From assembly GCA_040285745.1 (NCBI GenBank), contig JAUFOR010000005.1:1-64000 (forward strand): DNA of 64,000 nt, read 5' to 3'. Both the position numbers and the translations under genes were made by a program. The notes beneath the pieces are model-generated. The model worked only from the letters and a program-made list of their open reading frames with translations. It ran no database searches and was not told the DNA's origin. Of this stretch, positions 19,206 to 28,617 are shown piece by piece. Position 1 is the first letter of the stretch. Every line of letters starts with the position of its first letter. The DNA is from Barthelona sp. PCE. Taxonomy: Eukaryota.

Positions 19206-22200
19206 TTACTGTTTGCGCTTAAGTAGATAGCTTACCTCAAGACCCACATACAATTCAGGCGCAATTGTTATAAAAACATCACCCGACACTGATGACAAAT
19301 TTGTATTGATTGCTATCGTTGTTGTTGTTGAACGTATAGATTGTCGCTTCATTGTTATGAATTCTTCTAACGTATGAACATAAACAAAGACGCTTTCAAC
19401 GTTTGAGCTACGTGCTAATTTATGCGTCAATGTGCGCACTTCATCCTTTTTGTTCTTGATTTGTGGTGCGCCACGATCAACAATAAGAGTGATACACTCA
19501 TCATCATAACTAGCAGTACATGTGTAATATGGGAGACATTTAAGCTTTTTGATAATCTTCATGCCCATACTGTCAATTCCAGCATCAAAAAGTACAGGTC
19601 GCAATTCACCAACGTGTGCCAGGCGAACACATTCTCTGAAATTGGGCAACAAGAGAGCATGGTGCTTAGTTACAGCAGAAAACGCCGTGAGCGGATGGCT
19701 GTCATACCATATTCCCTGGTTACTCATCTGAAGAAGAGTTATTGTGTTACGGAACACAGCTAAATCTTTCTTTTCAGCAGACAGGTCAATCACACCCTGG
19801 AAAACACGAACAATTTGACCAAGAGCACTAAAAAGATCAGTGGCATAGTCGCTAATTGGAAGAGCAACATGGCCAAAGTGGCATTGTAACAACATTGCCG
19901 TCTTAACATGAGGCGAATCAAACCCATACTTGGGTGGGAAACGAATATGTCCAGCAAGCTCTTCATTAAGATTATCTTCGTTATGACGGACCGGCATTTC
20001 TGAGAATTCAGCGGCAGAACATGCCATATTGAGGGTGTCATTCAATGATCTTGTGAAACGAATACGGGCACAGAACAGTTGAATAGAACGGAAAGACAGG
20101 TAATAATACGCAGCCATTGTGCCGAATGGGGTGATGCACAACACACCTTCCTCCTCATCAATACACTTTGCAGCCTTTAAAAGACCAACCGCTCGAATGA
20201 CGGCATCATGGATTGTTGATCGAATGGCCTGAGATGATACTGCTTTGAGACCGTAAAAACTAGGATTTTGCCTCATTCTTTGTGCCATATACGTCTTTCC
20301 GATGAGTCTAGTTGCATCAGAGACTGTAGAAACGGCACCTGTAGCAATTTCTCCATTTAAAAAGTCCGGAAGAGCAGGAAGCAAAGCACTTTCAACGGGA
20401 AACGGTTCATACAGGAACTGGCGCCAGAAAGGCTTCTTAGAAGTGTGTGTTAATATGAGCGCAACGCCAGAGTCATTGAATTGTGGTCGGCCAGCACGTC
20501 CAATCATCTGGAGCACGTCGGTGACCGGGAGATCAACGAATTTGCATTGTTTAGCATCGAAGAAGACAGTACCTTTCACGATGACGCAGTGTGCAGGGAA
20601 GTTAAGACCCCATGCCAGAGTTGATGTTGAAACGAGAACTAAAATCTTCTGAGAGAGGAAGAGTTCCTCAACAAGCATCTTATCCTCTTTAGCAAGACCA
20701 GCATGGTGTAAGCCAACACCAAATACTAGTGCGTCGCGAAGTGCGGGATCTTTAGCTCTGTTGGCATGCATTTCAGCTTCGACAGAATCCATACGAGACC
20801 AGCGCAACCAATCATTACTCTGCACAGCGAACGCAATCAGATCCATTGCGGTTAGACGTGTTTGACGGCGAGATGCAACAAATACAATTGAGGGCTTGCC
20901 TGCAGCGTGTTGATTTAACGCGTTGAAGACTGGTTTGTTCATCTGGCGCATTCGAGGGCAGTAATGCTGCATGCTGTATCCCTGGAGATGTACGTCAAGC
21001 TTAACAGGACGGAGAGCGGCGTGGAAGTTAAACAAGAAGTTGCGCTTCACACCGAGCCACTCTGCCACATCCTCGCAGTTTGACAACGCAGTAGAAAGAC
21101 CAACAAAGCGCACATGCTTACCGAGGTTCTCAGCCATGTACCGCATGCGACAAACGATAGTCTCCAGAACAGCACCTCGATCCGTACCAAGCAAGTGAAT
21201 TTCATCCATGATGACAAGCGAACAGCGCTGGACGTAACGTCTACGCTGCCAGAAGCGAGTGACACCATCCCATTTCTCAGGAGAAGCGCATATAATATGA
21301 GCTCGTTCGATTTCATATGGTGTTGGTTGGCTCTCACCAGTGAGCTCGATGATTCGCAGGTACGGGAACTTTTTGCGCCAATCACGTGCACGTTCATTAA
21401 CTAGAGCTTTAAGCGGAGCAACATAAACACATTTGGAATCATCACCTGAACGCACCATTCTCATGAGAGCTAGCTCTGCGATGACTGTCTTTCCGGAACC
21501 TGTGGGGGCACCGAGGAGCAATGAGTCATCGTGGTGGAAGACAGAGTGGAAAACCTGCGTTTGGATTGGGTTAAAGTAGTTGAATGACCAGATACTACTG
21601 AAACGATCATTACCAACAACGCTTGTCTTGAGCGCAGTACAAGGAAGAAGCTCTGTGTGTGCATTGCTTGCGTGAGGAAAGACGAGCTCGTTCACTGGAA
21701 GATCTAGGTAGAATTCACAACCCATCATGGACTCTGGTAAAAGAGAGAGTGTGAACTCATGGTTACGCGCCTGTTCAACAAGCGGAATCATAAGTGTAAT
21801 ATCAAGAGGTTCATCAGACCGCACAATCTGAATTAATTCAGCGCTGATGATAAGATTTGCATTACAATCATGGACAACAAGCCATGTGGGAACGCTTCGG
21901 GTTCCTTTCCAGTCCATGTCACATGAAATTTTAACATTGAGACGCACAACTCCAATTGTGATGGGTTGCAGATTGTACTCAACACCAAAGACAGGGAGGC
22001 GCTCACTGAGTGCCTTGAGCGTGGCAGCCATTGAGTTGGAGTACGTATACTCGAGGAAATCGGCAGCTTCCATTACACGCATTTCAAGTGGGGATATGTT
22101 GAAATCATGGGTGATAAGTTGATTAGGTCGGCACTTTCGGTCGACGCTGAGCAAACAGGTCGAGCCCGGGAACGTACGAAGCTTCACACAATGTACGAGC

Positions 22201-25200
22201 TCCATGATAGCGACAAATGAATCGTACCATCGGCGAAAGACTGCAATGGAAAGCAAGCCCTGGACAATACGACCGATTGAGTCGTCCACCGTTTTGATAT
22301 CCGAGACAAGTGATGGGGTCTTGGGAGTGTGCTGGCTAATATGCGCCTGTATCATATAAAATGCTTTTTCGATACTCTCATCGATGTCAGCGTTGTCTTC
22401 AGGCATGGGCTGCTCATATCCATAATCAATATCCTTCTCGTTTGAATAAAGAAGCTTACGAAACACAGATTTCTTGACTTTGAGACCTTTAACATCGTTT
22501 AAAATGTAAGGACAGCGCTCTTTGATAGCCAGGAACTCATCACGTTCATCGTCTCTAATACGCATTGATCGGAATTCATGAGCGCTGGCGAGCAAATAGA
22601 TCAGATCAGCAAAAGAAGGATCTTGTGATAATTGTGAGTTGAACAACTTCATGTTTCGAGATGGGATGTAATAGTGCGCTGCAATGCGTCCTAACTCCGT
22701 TGACATGAGATTACCTGAGAATTTATCATAATTGATCATTTGTAAAAGCTTGAGTTCACTGCAAGCAGCACGAACAAGCGCTTCCTTTGTAGCGAATTGT
22801 GTGGGATCAAACCCGAGTGAGGCCATTGAACTTCCATAAGCAGCAGGGTTTTTAAGAACACGGACACCAAAAAACGTGTAATTTAACCAAGATATGGCTT
22901 CTTGATCAGTTGTGATTGTTCCACGTACGATTTCAGCATTTAGATGGTCGTTTAGAGTCTCACACAACTGGCTCTCAATAGGTAGCGCCTCAACCATGCG
23001 ATGGTAGTAATGCTGGAATTTATCTGAAGTAGTGAAAAGATAGGCTGTTGCTTCCGTATCAAATTGTGGTCTGCCGGCACGCCCAAACATCTGCTCAATG
23101 TCTAGAACGTCAAGGTCATCAAACCTGTCACCGCGACGGACGGTCGTCCCGTTAATCATGACTACGGAGGCTGGAAGGTTGACGCCCCATGCGAGGGTCG
23201 CAGTTGAGATTAGGATCTGGACAGCGCCACCCAGAAAGAGGCTCTCAGCAAGTCTTCGGTCGGATTTATGCATGCCTGCATGATGGCAAAAGAAACCTGA
23301 CTCAAAAAGGACGTTGAGCGAACGATCACGTAACTTACGTGAAACTTGTTGGCGGTAGTAGCCCCAACTGTTGAGAGTTGTTTCAGCTGGGTGCATTAAG
23401 TGCTGTTTTCGGGCTTTTCCTATAAGATTGGCAAAAAATGTACACAAACGAACTGTTTCAGCACGTCCGTGAACGAAAATGATCATTTGCTGACCCTCCT
23501 CAAGGTGTTTAAGGATATACTCAAACATGAGTTCGTTACGGTACTGCTTTTTTGACCGAGGAGCCTTTGGAGGAAGATCCGAATATTCTATATCAGTCAG
23601 CATGTGTTGGACACCAATCACGATTTGGTTTAGAGGTACAGGACGATAGCGTGGGTCAAGGAAAACAATATCATCGTCATGCACGCGCATGAACTCCGCT
23701 ACATCTTTATAGTTAGGGAGCGTGGCACTCAAAGCAACGAGTCGTACAGTTAGCTGTAAAATTTCAACCTGACGAAGACAACGAGCAATGATAGCCTCTA
23801 TGACAGCACCTCTCTCACTTGCTAACAGATGAACTTCATCTATGAGTACAAGTTTAAGCTGTTTAAGGAGCTCACTATCAAGCGAACGTCGACTCAGAAT
23901 ATCCCACTTCTCTGGTGTGCACACGAGGAGTTGAGCAGTTGAAAGCTCTTGAGGTGAAATAGACGTATCACCAGTGACTTCTTTAACGATAACACCTAAC
24001 TTACGTAATCTTTTAACCATTTTTCCAAAGATCTCTGTAACTAGTGCTTTCATAGGAGCTAAATACACCATCTTGACATTCTTCAGTTTTTCACGATCAA
24101 ATTTCATACCAGATTCATCTACACAAGTTTGTAGCGTGCGCATCACAGTCAAAAATGCCACATTCGTTTTACCTGCACCGGTGGGAGCACAAACTAGTAA
24201 GTTCTTGTCAGTATTGAACGCTTTTTCGAATACTAGTGATTGTAAAGTGTTGAATCTCTCAAAGTCAAAGACACGACGCGTCATAGAAGGACAAGTTGAC
24301 ACAGGGATGAGGGAAACATTTGGTCTTGTAGCACCAAAGTGCTGAGGGGGTGGAATTGTGAACTTATTATGCTCATTACGAACGTTTTCAACAACAGCAC
24401 GCTTACGATTACGACCCATACCAATATTTCTGACGTTATCTTTGAAGAAGACATTCTCAGCTGATGTAGGGCCAGCAGTCAATCCGCTTTCGCGCTCCAT
24501 ACGTTCGTTAATATTCTTATTAGCCGTTTCGTGTACATTAGACTTTGCATCTTTCCTACTTTCTTTGATTGCTTCCATATTACAACTGATTGTTGTAATC
24601 AACTCCAAATGATCAAAGCCTAACAGCTCAACAAGGTGCATGCTCAGGACGTTCCCATCAATGCATGTGTCAAGCATTCCATTGAATGCCTCCATTACAT
24701 CGTTAAAATCAAGCGTAGAATTAGATGAACTCAATCCATTACGAATATCCTCTCGGATAGAAGAAAATGTAATAGTGTTTTCAAGTTCCGCCTCTTTCGC
24801 CTCCTCTGCAGGAGTTGGTTGTAGTAAATGATCGATATCGGTGGGAACGGTCTCGTTGCCCAAAAACTCTGGAGCTTTCTCCCAGTGATCGTGGTGATGG
24901 ACCATTGTCGTTGTGTTGTAAGTAGGGAACATATTCTGAACCGCATCATCGGAATACTGACCTTGTTTTATGATGTTTTGAATGTTGTTGCGAATAGTGA
25001 AAATGTTACGGAACTCAAAGAGCTTAATATCGAACCCGATAATAGCCTTGTATGTTTCCCACGATCTGTTACGTTCGTCTTTCAACTCTTTGAAAGCGTT
25101 AAATCCCAACATGACCAGATCCAAAAATTCTTGGGTGGGCAGTGCAGGAATTGCCCTTGAAGAAACAAATGAGTTGACAAATGCATACACCTCATCACGT

Positions 25201-25361
25201 AGCTCACTGAAAAGTACATAAGGAAGGCTTGATACATTTGGAAGCTCAGAGATTAGAAAAAGGCTAATTTGACGAGTAGAGGCCTTTTTAACATCAGACT
25301 TCGATGACACATCGTATTCAGGCCCCGTTACATGCTTCAAAATGTCTTGAAAAGATGACAT
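19206..25361 (-). CDS. ASCC3: Tandem Ski2-like helicase ASCC3/Slh1
   Basis: Two helicase-Sec63 cassettes (APTGAGKT/DEVH; APTGSGKT/DEIH); HYCPRMRQMNKP and SRRQTRLTA favour ASCC3 over Brr2. Confidence 0.9.
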   Translation of the reverse strand: MSSFQDILKHVTGPEYDVSSKSDVKKASTRQISLFLISELPNVSSLPYVLFSELRDEVYAFVNSFVSSRAIPALPTQEFLDLVMLGFNAFKELKDERNRSWETYKAIIGFDIKLFEFRNIFTIRNNIQNIIKQGQYSDDAVQNMFPTYNTTTMVHHHDHWEKAPEFLGNETVPTDIDHLLQPTPAEEAKEAELENTITFSSIREDIRNGLSSSNSTLDFNDVMEAFNGMLDTCIDGNVLSMHLVELLGFDHLELITTISCNMEAIKESRKDAKSNVHETANKNINERMERESGLTAGPTSAENVFFKDNVRNIGMGRNRKRAVVENVRNEHNKFTIPPPQHFGATRPNVSLIPVSTCPSMTRRVFDFERFNTLQSLVFEKAFNTDKNLLVCAPTGAGKTNVAFLTVMRTLQTCVDESGMKFDREKLKNVKMVYLAPMKALVTEIFGKMVKRLRKLGVIVKEVTGDTSISPQELSTAQLLVCTPEKWDILSRRSLDSELLKQLKLVLIDEVHLLASERGAVIEAIIARCLRQVEILQLTVRLVALSATLPNYKDVAEFMRVHDDDIVFLDPRYRPVPLNQIVIGVQHMLTDIEYSDLPPKAPRSKKQYRNELMFEYILKHLEEGQQMIIFVHGRAETVRLCTFFANLIGKARKQHLMHPAETTLNSWGYYRQQVSRKLRDRSLNVLFESGFFCHHAGMHKSDRRLAESLFLGGAVQILISTATLAWGVNLPASVVMINGTTVRRGDRFDDLDVLDIEQMFGRAGRPQFDTEATAYLFTTSDKFQHYYHRMVEALPIESQLCETLNDHLNAEIVRGTITTDQEAISWLNYTFFGVRVLKNPAAYGSSMASLGFDPTQFATKEALVRAACSELKLLQMINYDKFSGNLMSTELGRIAAHYYIPSRNMKLFNSQLSQDPSFADLIYLLASAHEFRSMRIRDDERDEFLAIKERCPYILNDVKGLKVKKSVFRKLLYSNEKDIDYGYEQPMPEDNADIDESIEKAFYMIQAHISQHTPKTPSLVSDIKTVDDSIGRIVQGLLSIAVFRRWYDSFVAIMELVHCVKLRTFPGSTCLLSVDRKCRPNQLITHDFNISPLEMRVMEAADFLEYTYSNSMAATLKALSERLPVFGVEYNLQPITIGVVRLNVKISCDMDWKGTRSVPTWLVVHDCNANLIISAELIQIVRSDEPLDITLMIPLVEQARNHEFTLSLLPESMMGCEFYLDLPVNELVFPHASNAHTELLPCTALKTSVVGNDRFSSIWSFNYFNPIQTQVFHSVFHHDDSLLLGAPTGSGKTVIAELALMRMVRSGDDSKCVYVAPLKALVNERARDWRKKFPYLRIIELTGESQPTPYEIERAHIICASPEKWDGVTRFWQRRRYVQRCSLVIMDEIHLLGTDRGAVLETIVCRMRYMAENLGKHVRFVGLSTALSNCEDVAEWLGVKRNFLFNFHAALRPVKLDVHLQGYSMQHYCPRMRQMNKPVFNALNQHAAGKPSIVFVASRRQTRLTAMDLIAFAVQSNDWLRWSRMDSVEAEMHANRAKDPALRDALVFGVGLHHAGLAKEDKMLVEELFLSQKILVLVSTSTLAWGLNFPAHCVIVKGTVFFDAKQCKFVDLPVTDVLQMIGRAGRPQFNDSGVALILTHTSKKPFWRQFLYEPFPVESALLPALPDFLNGEIATGAVSTVSDATRLIGKTYMAQRMRQNPSFYGLKAVSSQAIRSTIHDAVIRAVGLLKAAKCIDEEEGVLCITPFGTMAAYYYLSFRSIQLFCARIRFTRSLNDTLNMACSAAEFSEMPVRHNEDNLNEELAGHIRFPPKYGFDSPHVKTAMLLQCHFGHVALPISDYATDLFSALGQIVRVFQGVIDLSAEKKDLAVFRNTITLLQMSNQGIWYDSHPLTAFSAVTKHHALLLPNFRECVRLAHVGELRPVLFDAGIDSMGMKIIKKLKCLPYYTCTASYDDECITLIVDRGAPQIKNKKDEVRTLTHKLARSSNVESVFVYVHTLEEFITMKRQSIRSTTTTIAINTNLSSVSGDVFITIAPELYVGLEVSYLLKRKQ

Positions 25362-25604
25362 TTTAATGAAAAGGGAAAGAATTTTTAATTAAGAATTTAC
25401 GTTCACTTTACTTGGATATTGTAGTATTAATATAGGTATTACCCACAACTCTCTGTACAAATTATGAAATGGCTTCTACAGTCTCATGTGGTTACAATAG
25501 TGTATGTTGAGCAGTTGCATACGCGATTTCCACTTTAAAAAGTCACTTAAACCGTGTAGCGAACATAAAGAAATTGTATCAACATATTTCTTTCCTTTCT
25601 GTGA

Positions 25605-26303
25605 ATGGGTTGCTGTTCTTCAAATTCTCAAACCCTGGGAGGCTCAGAATCTGTGAAGCAGATTAGGGTCCTCAGCGGTAGCATGCCTTCGATGCCAGAA
25701 TCGCCACATACACCTAGCAATCCAAAGCGTATTGATACAAGCGTTTGTCATCTTTCTGTAGAACAAATCTTTAATCACCTCATCTGTTCTGTAGGAGAAA
25801 TAATCATAGCAGCAGGTAATACAGGGACATCACATTTATTAGTTAAAGATCTTGCGGTAGCACAAAACATGTACGAGAACCAGCTATATGACGAGCTCTT
25901 GGACCATTGCTATGAGTTCATTCCACTTTTAGTTGATATGATTGAAGGTAATTATTCAGTTGAATTAAAAACACACATAATTGTTTTATTCATAAAATTA
26001 TCTTCGATTGTTGATATTCGTTCACTTCTAGTGGATGATCCTGATGTAGATTTTATTGCAACGATGATAAAGTTTTCTGAACAACCTGATGTAGTAGGTA
26101 TTTTTACACTTGTTCGTATGCTTTTCGAGAATCTGGAGGTAGAATCATCCATATTAGCACAGTTTGAAGAACAATCTAGGTTAAGAGATACACCTGATAG
26201 TTTTAAAGCTTCTATGGTTTTTTTCAGTGATGATTCTTGCTTTGAAGACGAAGAATTTGTTGTTGCTGATGATATTGCTCAACCTTCAACTTTTAAATCA
26301 TAA
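25605..26303 (+). CDS. Hypothetical protein with MGCC dual-acylation-type N-terminus
   Basis: 232-aa ORF; MGCCSS myristoylation/palmitoylation-like motif; helical core. Confidence 0.7.
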   Translation: MGCCSSNSQTLGGSESVKQIRVLSGSMPSMPESPHTPSNPKRIDTSVCHLSVEQIFNHLICSVGEIIIAAGNTGTSHLLVKDLAVAQNMYENQLYDELLDHCYEFIPLLVDMIEGNYSVELKTHIIVLFIKLSSIVDIRSLLVDDPDVDFIATMIKFSEQPDVVGIFTLVRMLFENLEVESSILAQFEEQSRLRDTPDSFKASMVFFSDDSCFEDEEFVVADDIAQPSTFKS

Positions 26304-26458
26304 CTTTTGCATTTTACATTTCTATTTTCGTTTATATTAATAGATTTGTTCACTTTACACAATTTCTAACGTCTGTCCCACCTCAGTTAATAAATAGACG
26401 CATTTATTTCGATTGTTAGAAATGAAAGTTGGTATAAAATTTTCTTCCCTTCCCATAA

Positions 26459-27049
26459 ATGTCAACCGTAAGAGATGTGAGACTCGATGCTCCGAGCACC
26501 CATATCACACTCCCAACACCCCAACACACCGTATCGCCTCCAGAAGAGGAGAATATTAGCGATTTTGATGTTAATAGGCCTTTTTGTCGTTTTTGCATGT
26601 CTAATTCAGATAGACAGGGGCCTCTTTATCAAGTATGCAGCTGTAATTCACACACACACATCTCTTGTTTGCAAGAATGGGTTCGTGCACGACCAAGCAC
26701 CTCGAGTCCGTTAGTTTGTGAAGTTTGTTTACAAAACTACTCCATAGACACAGTTGAACTTGGGTGTTGTCACGGTGGATGTCCGGATTTTGATACAGCC
26801 ACTGTGACTGCTAATATTGCAATGTGTATACTTATATTAGTCTTTATTAGTATTATTGTATTTGCAGTATGGCAGGCAATAGTTGCCGACGGCATCGTTT
26901 CGGTGGTCGTTTGGGTCATGGTTGGATGTATTGGTGCCACGTTCTTAATCATGACTATCAGTGCATCGATTCCAGTTTTCGGTGATTGTAGTGCTAAAAT
27001 ACAACAAGCCAAATATGATCTCAGACCAGAGATTCGTGCTATTCAGTAA
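26459..27049 (+). CDS. RING-CH (MARCH-type) membrane E3 ligase
   Basis: CRFC...CSC..H.H.SCL.EW...CEVC followed by two TM helices. Confidence 0.9.
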   Translation: MSTVRDVRLDAPSTHITLPTPQHTVSPPEEENISDFDVNRPFCRFCMSNSDRQGPLYQVCSCNSHTHISCLQEWVRARPSTSSPLVCEVCLQNYSIDTVELGCCHGGCPDFDTATVTANIAMCILILVFISIIVFAVWQAIVADGIVSVVVWVMVGCIGATFLIMTISASIPVFGDCSAKIQQAKYDLRPEIRAIQ

Positions 27050-27060
27050 ACAACGTTTAT

Positions 27061-28358
27061 TTAAAGTTCTAAAAGTTCACCATCACTTTCAACCTCCTTG
27101 AGATATTGTGCCACTTCAGTATCAAGCTCATCCATGTTGATATCATCCAACTCAAGGTCATCATCACTGAGATCCGCAACTAAATCAGCCGCTTCACTAA
27201 GATTAATATCATCTATAGTCAGTTCTGATTCGCTCAATAAAGAATCAATTTCTTGCATGTTCTGTTCTGCCAAATCTGCACTGTAATCAATAATAAGGGT
27301 CTCAACAACCATCGTATATTGGTCTACTACCCATTCAGGGTGCTTTAGACCTCGTTCTTTCTGCATCTTCTCCTCTTCATCCTTGCGCATATCAATGAGT
27401 CTACGTTGAGCTACCGATAGTGAGGAGTACTCCTTCTCCTGTTCAACTAGTTCTTGTGGTTTACGGATACGTGGTATGTGATCAACAATAGCAACCATCG
27501 TTGATTCGTTAACACCTGGTATATCATGTTTACGGCATACGCAAGAGATCGCCTCGCTGAGCTTGCCAAAGCCAACACATTCTAGGATCACAATGAGCCG
27601 TTGGAAAGCCTTAACTAAACTCTTTGCTCTTTGAAGTTGACTTTTCAAGAAAATCTGACGATCCTTCTTGTGTTGTGGTGTAATGAGGAGCTCCTTCTTC
27701 AGGTGCTTGGCGAATTTCTCACTTTTAGAACCAAGGGAAATAATAGTACTATCTGTGTATCCACTTCCTAAATCAAACTCAAAGAAATCACGCATCGTAG
27801 CATCAATCTCTAATGCCTTCTTACGCTGTGGTGATCCCCATGGCTTTTTGTTGTTCCTCATACGAGGTTCAGGTCGACGGTACATACCAGTGGGAAGAGG
27901 ATTCTTAACACCACGAATATATGGTGATGATTGCGCTTTTAGTTTGTGTGTAAACTCCAACTTTTTGGCATCCGATATGGGTGAATGCTCCACAGCATTA
28001 TCTTTGTTCCTCATCTTTATCGTTTTCTTGAGTAATTTTGGAGAACTCATCAATGTGTTTAATTCTGGGTTTGTATATCCGCCAAATATCTTTAATTTCC
28101 TGACTTCCTCCTCTAGATTGGCAACCTCTAAAGCTAAATGTTTAGAGAATTCTTTTTCATTTACCAGCTAAATATTAGTGATCCCACGAAAAAATTCAAG
28201 TACTGATGTGTATGTCTACCCGTGTTAGACTTGTTGCAACCACATGTACGTAAATTAAAATAACATACATCCTTTTTCGTTTTTTTCAATTCTGCCTTTA
28301 ACAATAACAGCTCTTGGCGTTGCTGCTGAACGATGTCCTCAGTTAAATCGCGAGACAT
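27061..28358 (-). CDS. Spliced coiled-coil hypothetical protein (exon 28358-28269; last exon 28167-27061)
   Basis: GTATGT donor at 28268 and CACTAATATTTAG acceptor ending at 28168 join MSRDL...KKD in frame to LVNEKEF...LMSSPK. Confidence 0.75.
28168..28268 (-). other. Spliceosomal intron region (one 101-nt intron, or 53-nt + 36-nt introns around a 12-nt exon)
   Basis: GTATGT...CTAACACGGGTAG | ACATACACATCA | GTACTT...ACTAATATTTAG. Confidence 0.7.
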
Positions 28359-28617
28359 CAATACAATATGGTACAAAAGAGCGTGAAATGGTGAAGAAAA
28401 ATGAAACACATTCAAATCTTTGAAAGTATTCTAAACGTTATTTTACACACGTTAGTGGTATTTAAATTGATATTTAGATGGACTCCAAACCTAACTTTGC
28501 GGATAAAACGCTTCATCGTTGTTAACTTTAAAAATCTTGAAAATAAAATAAATTGTGGCTTTTACACTAGTGTATGGTCAAAATACCTATACCTAATCCA
28601 TTTATGAATATGCAATT

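Noticed and set aside
19422-25221. Many antisense/nested short ORFs here and within other long genes
   Set aside because: Shadows of long coding frames with no recognisable motifs
19206-25361. Brr2/SNRNP200 assignment
   Set aside because: Second cassette has intact motifs and the ASCC3-type HYCPRM..MNKP segment
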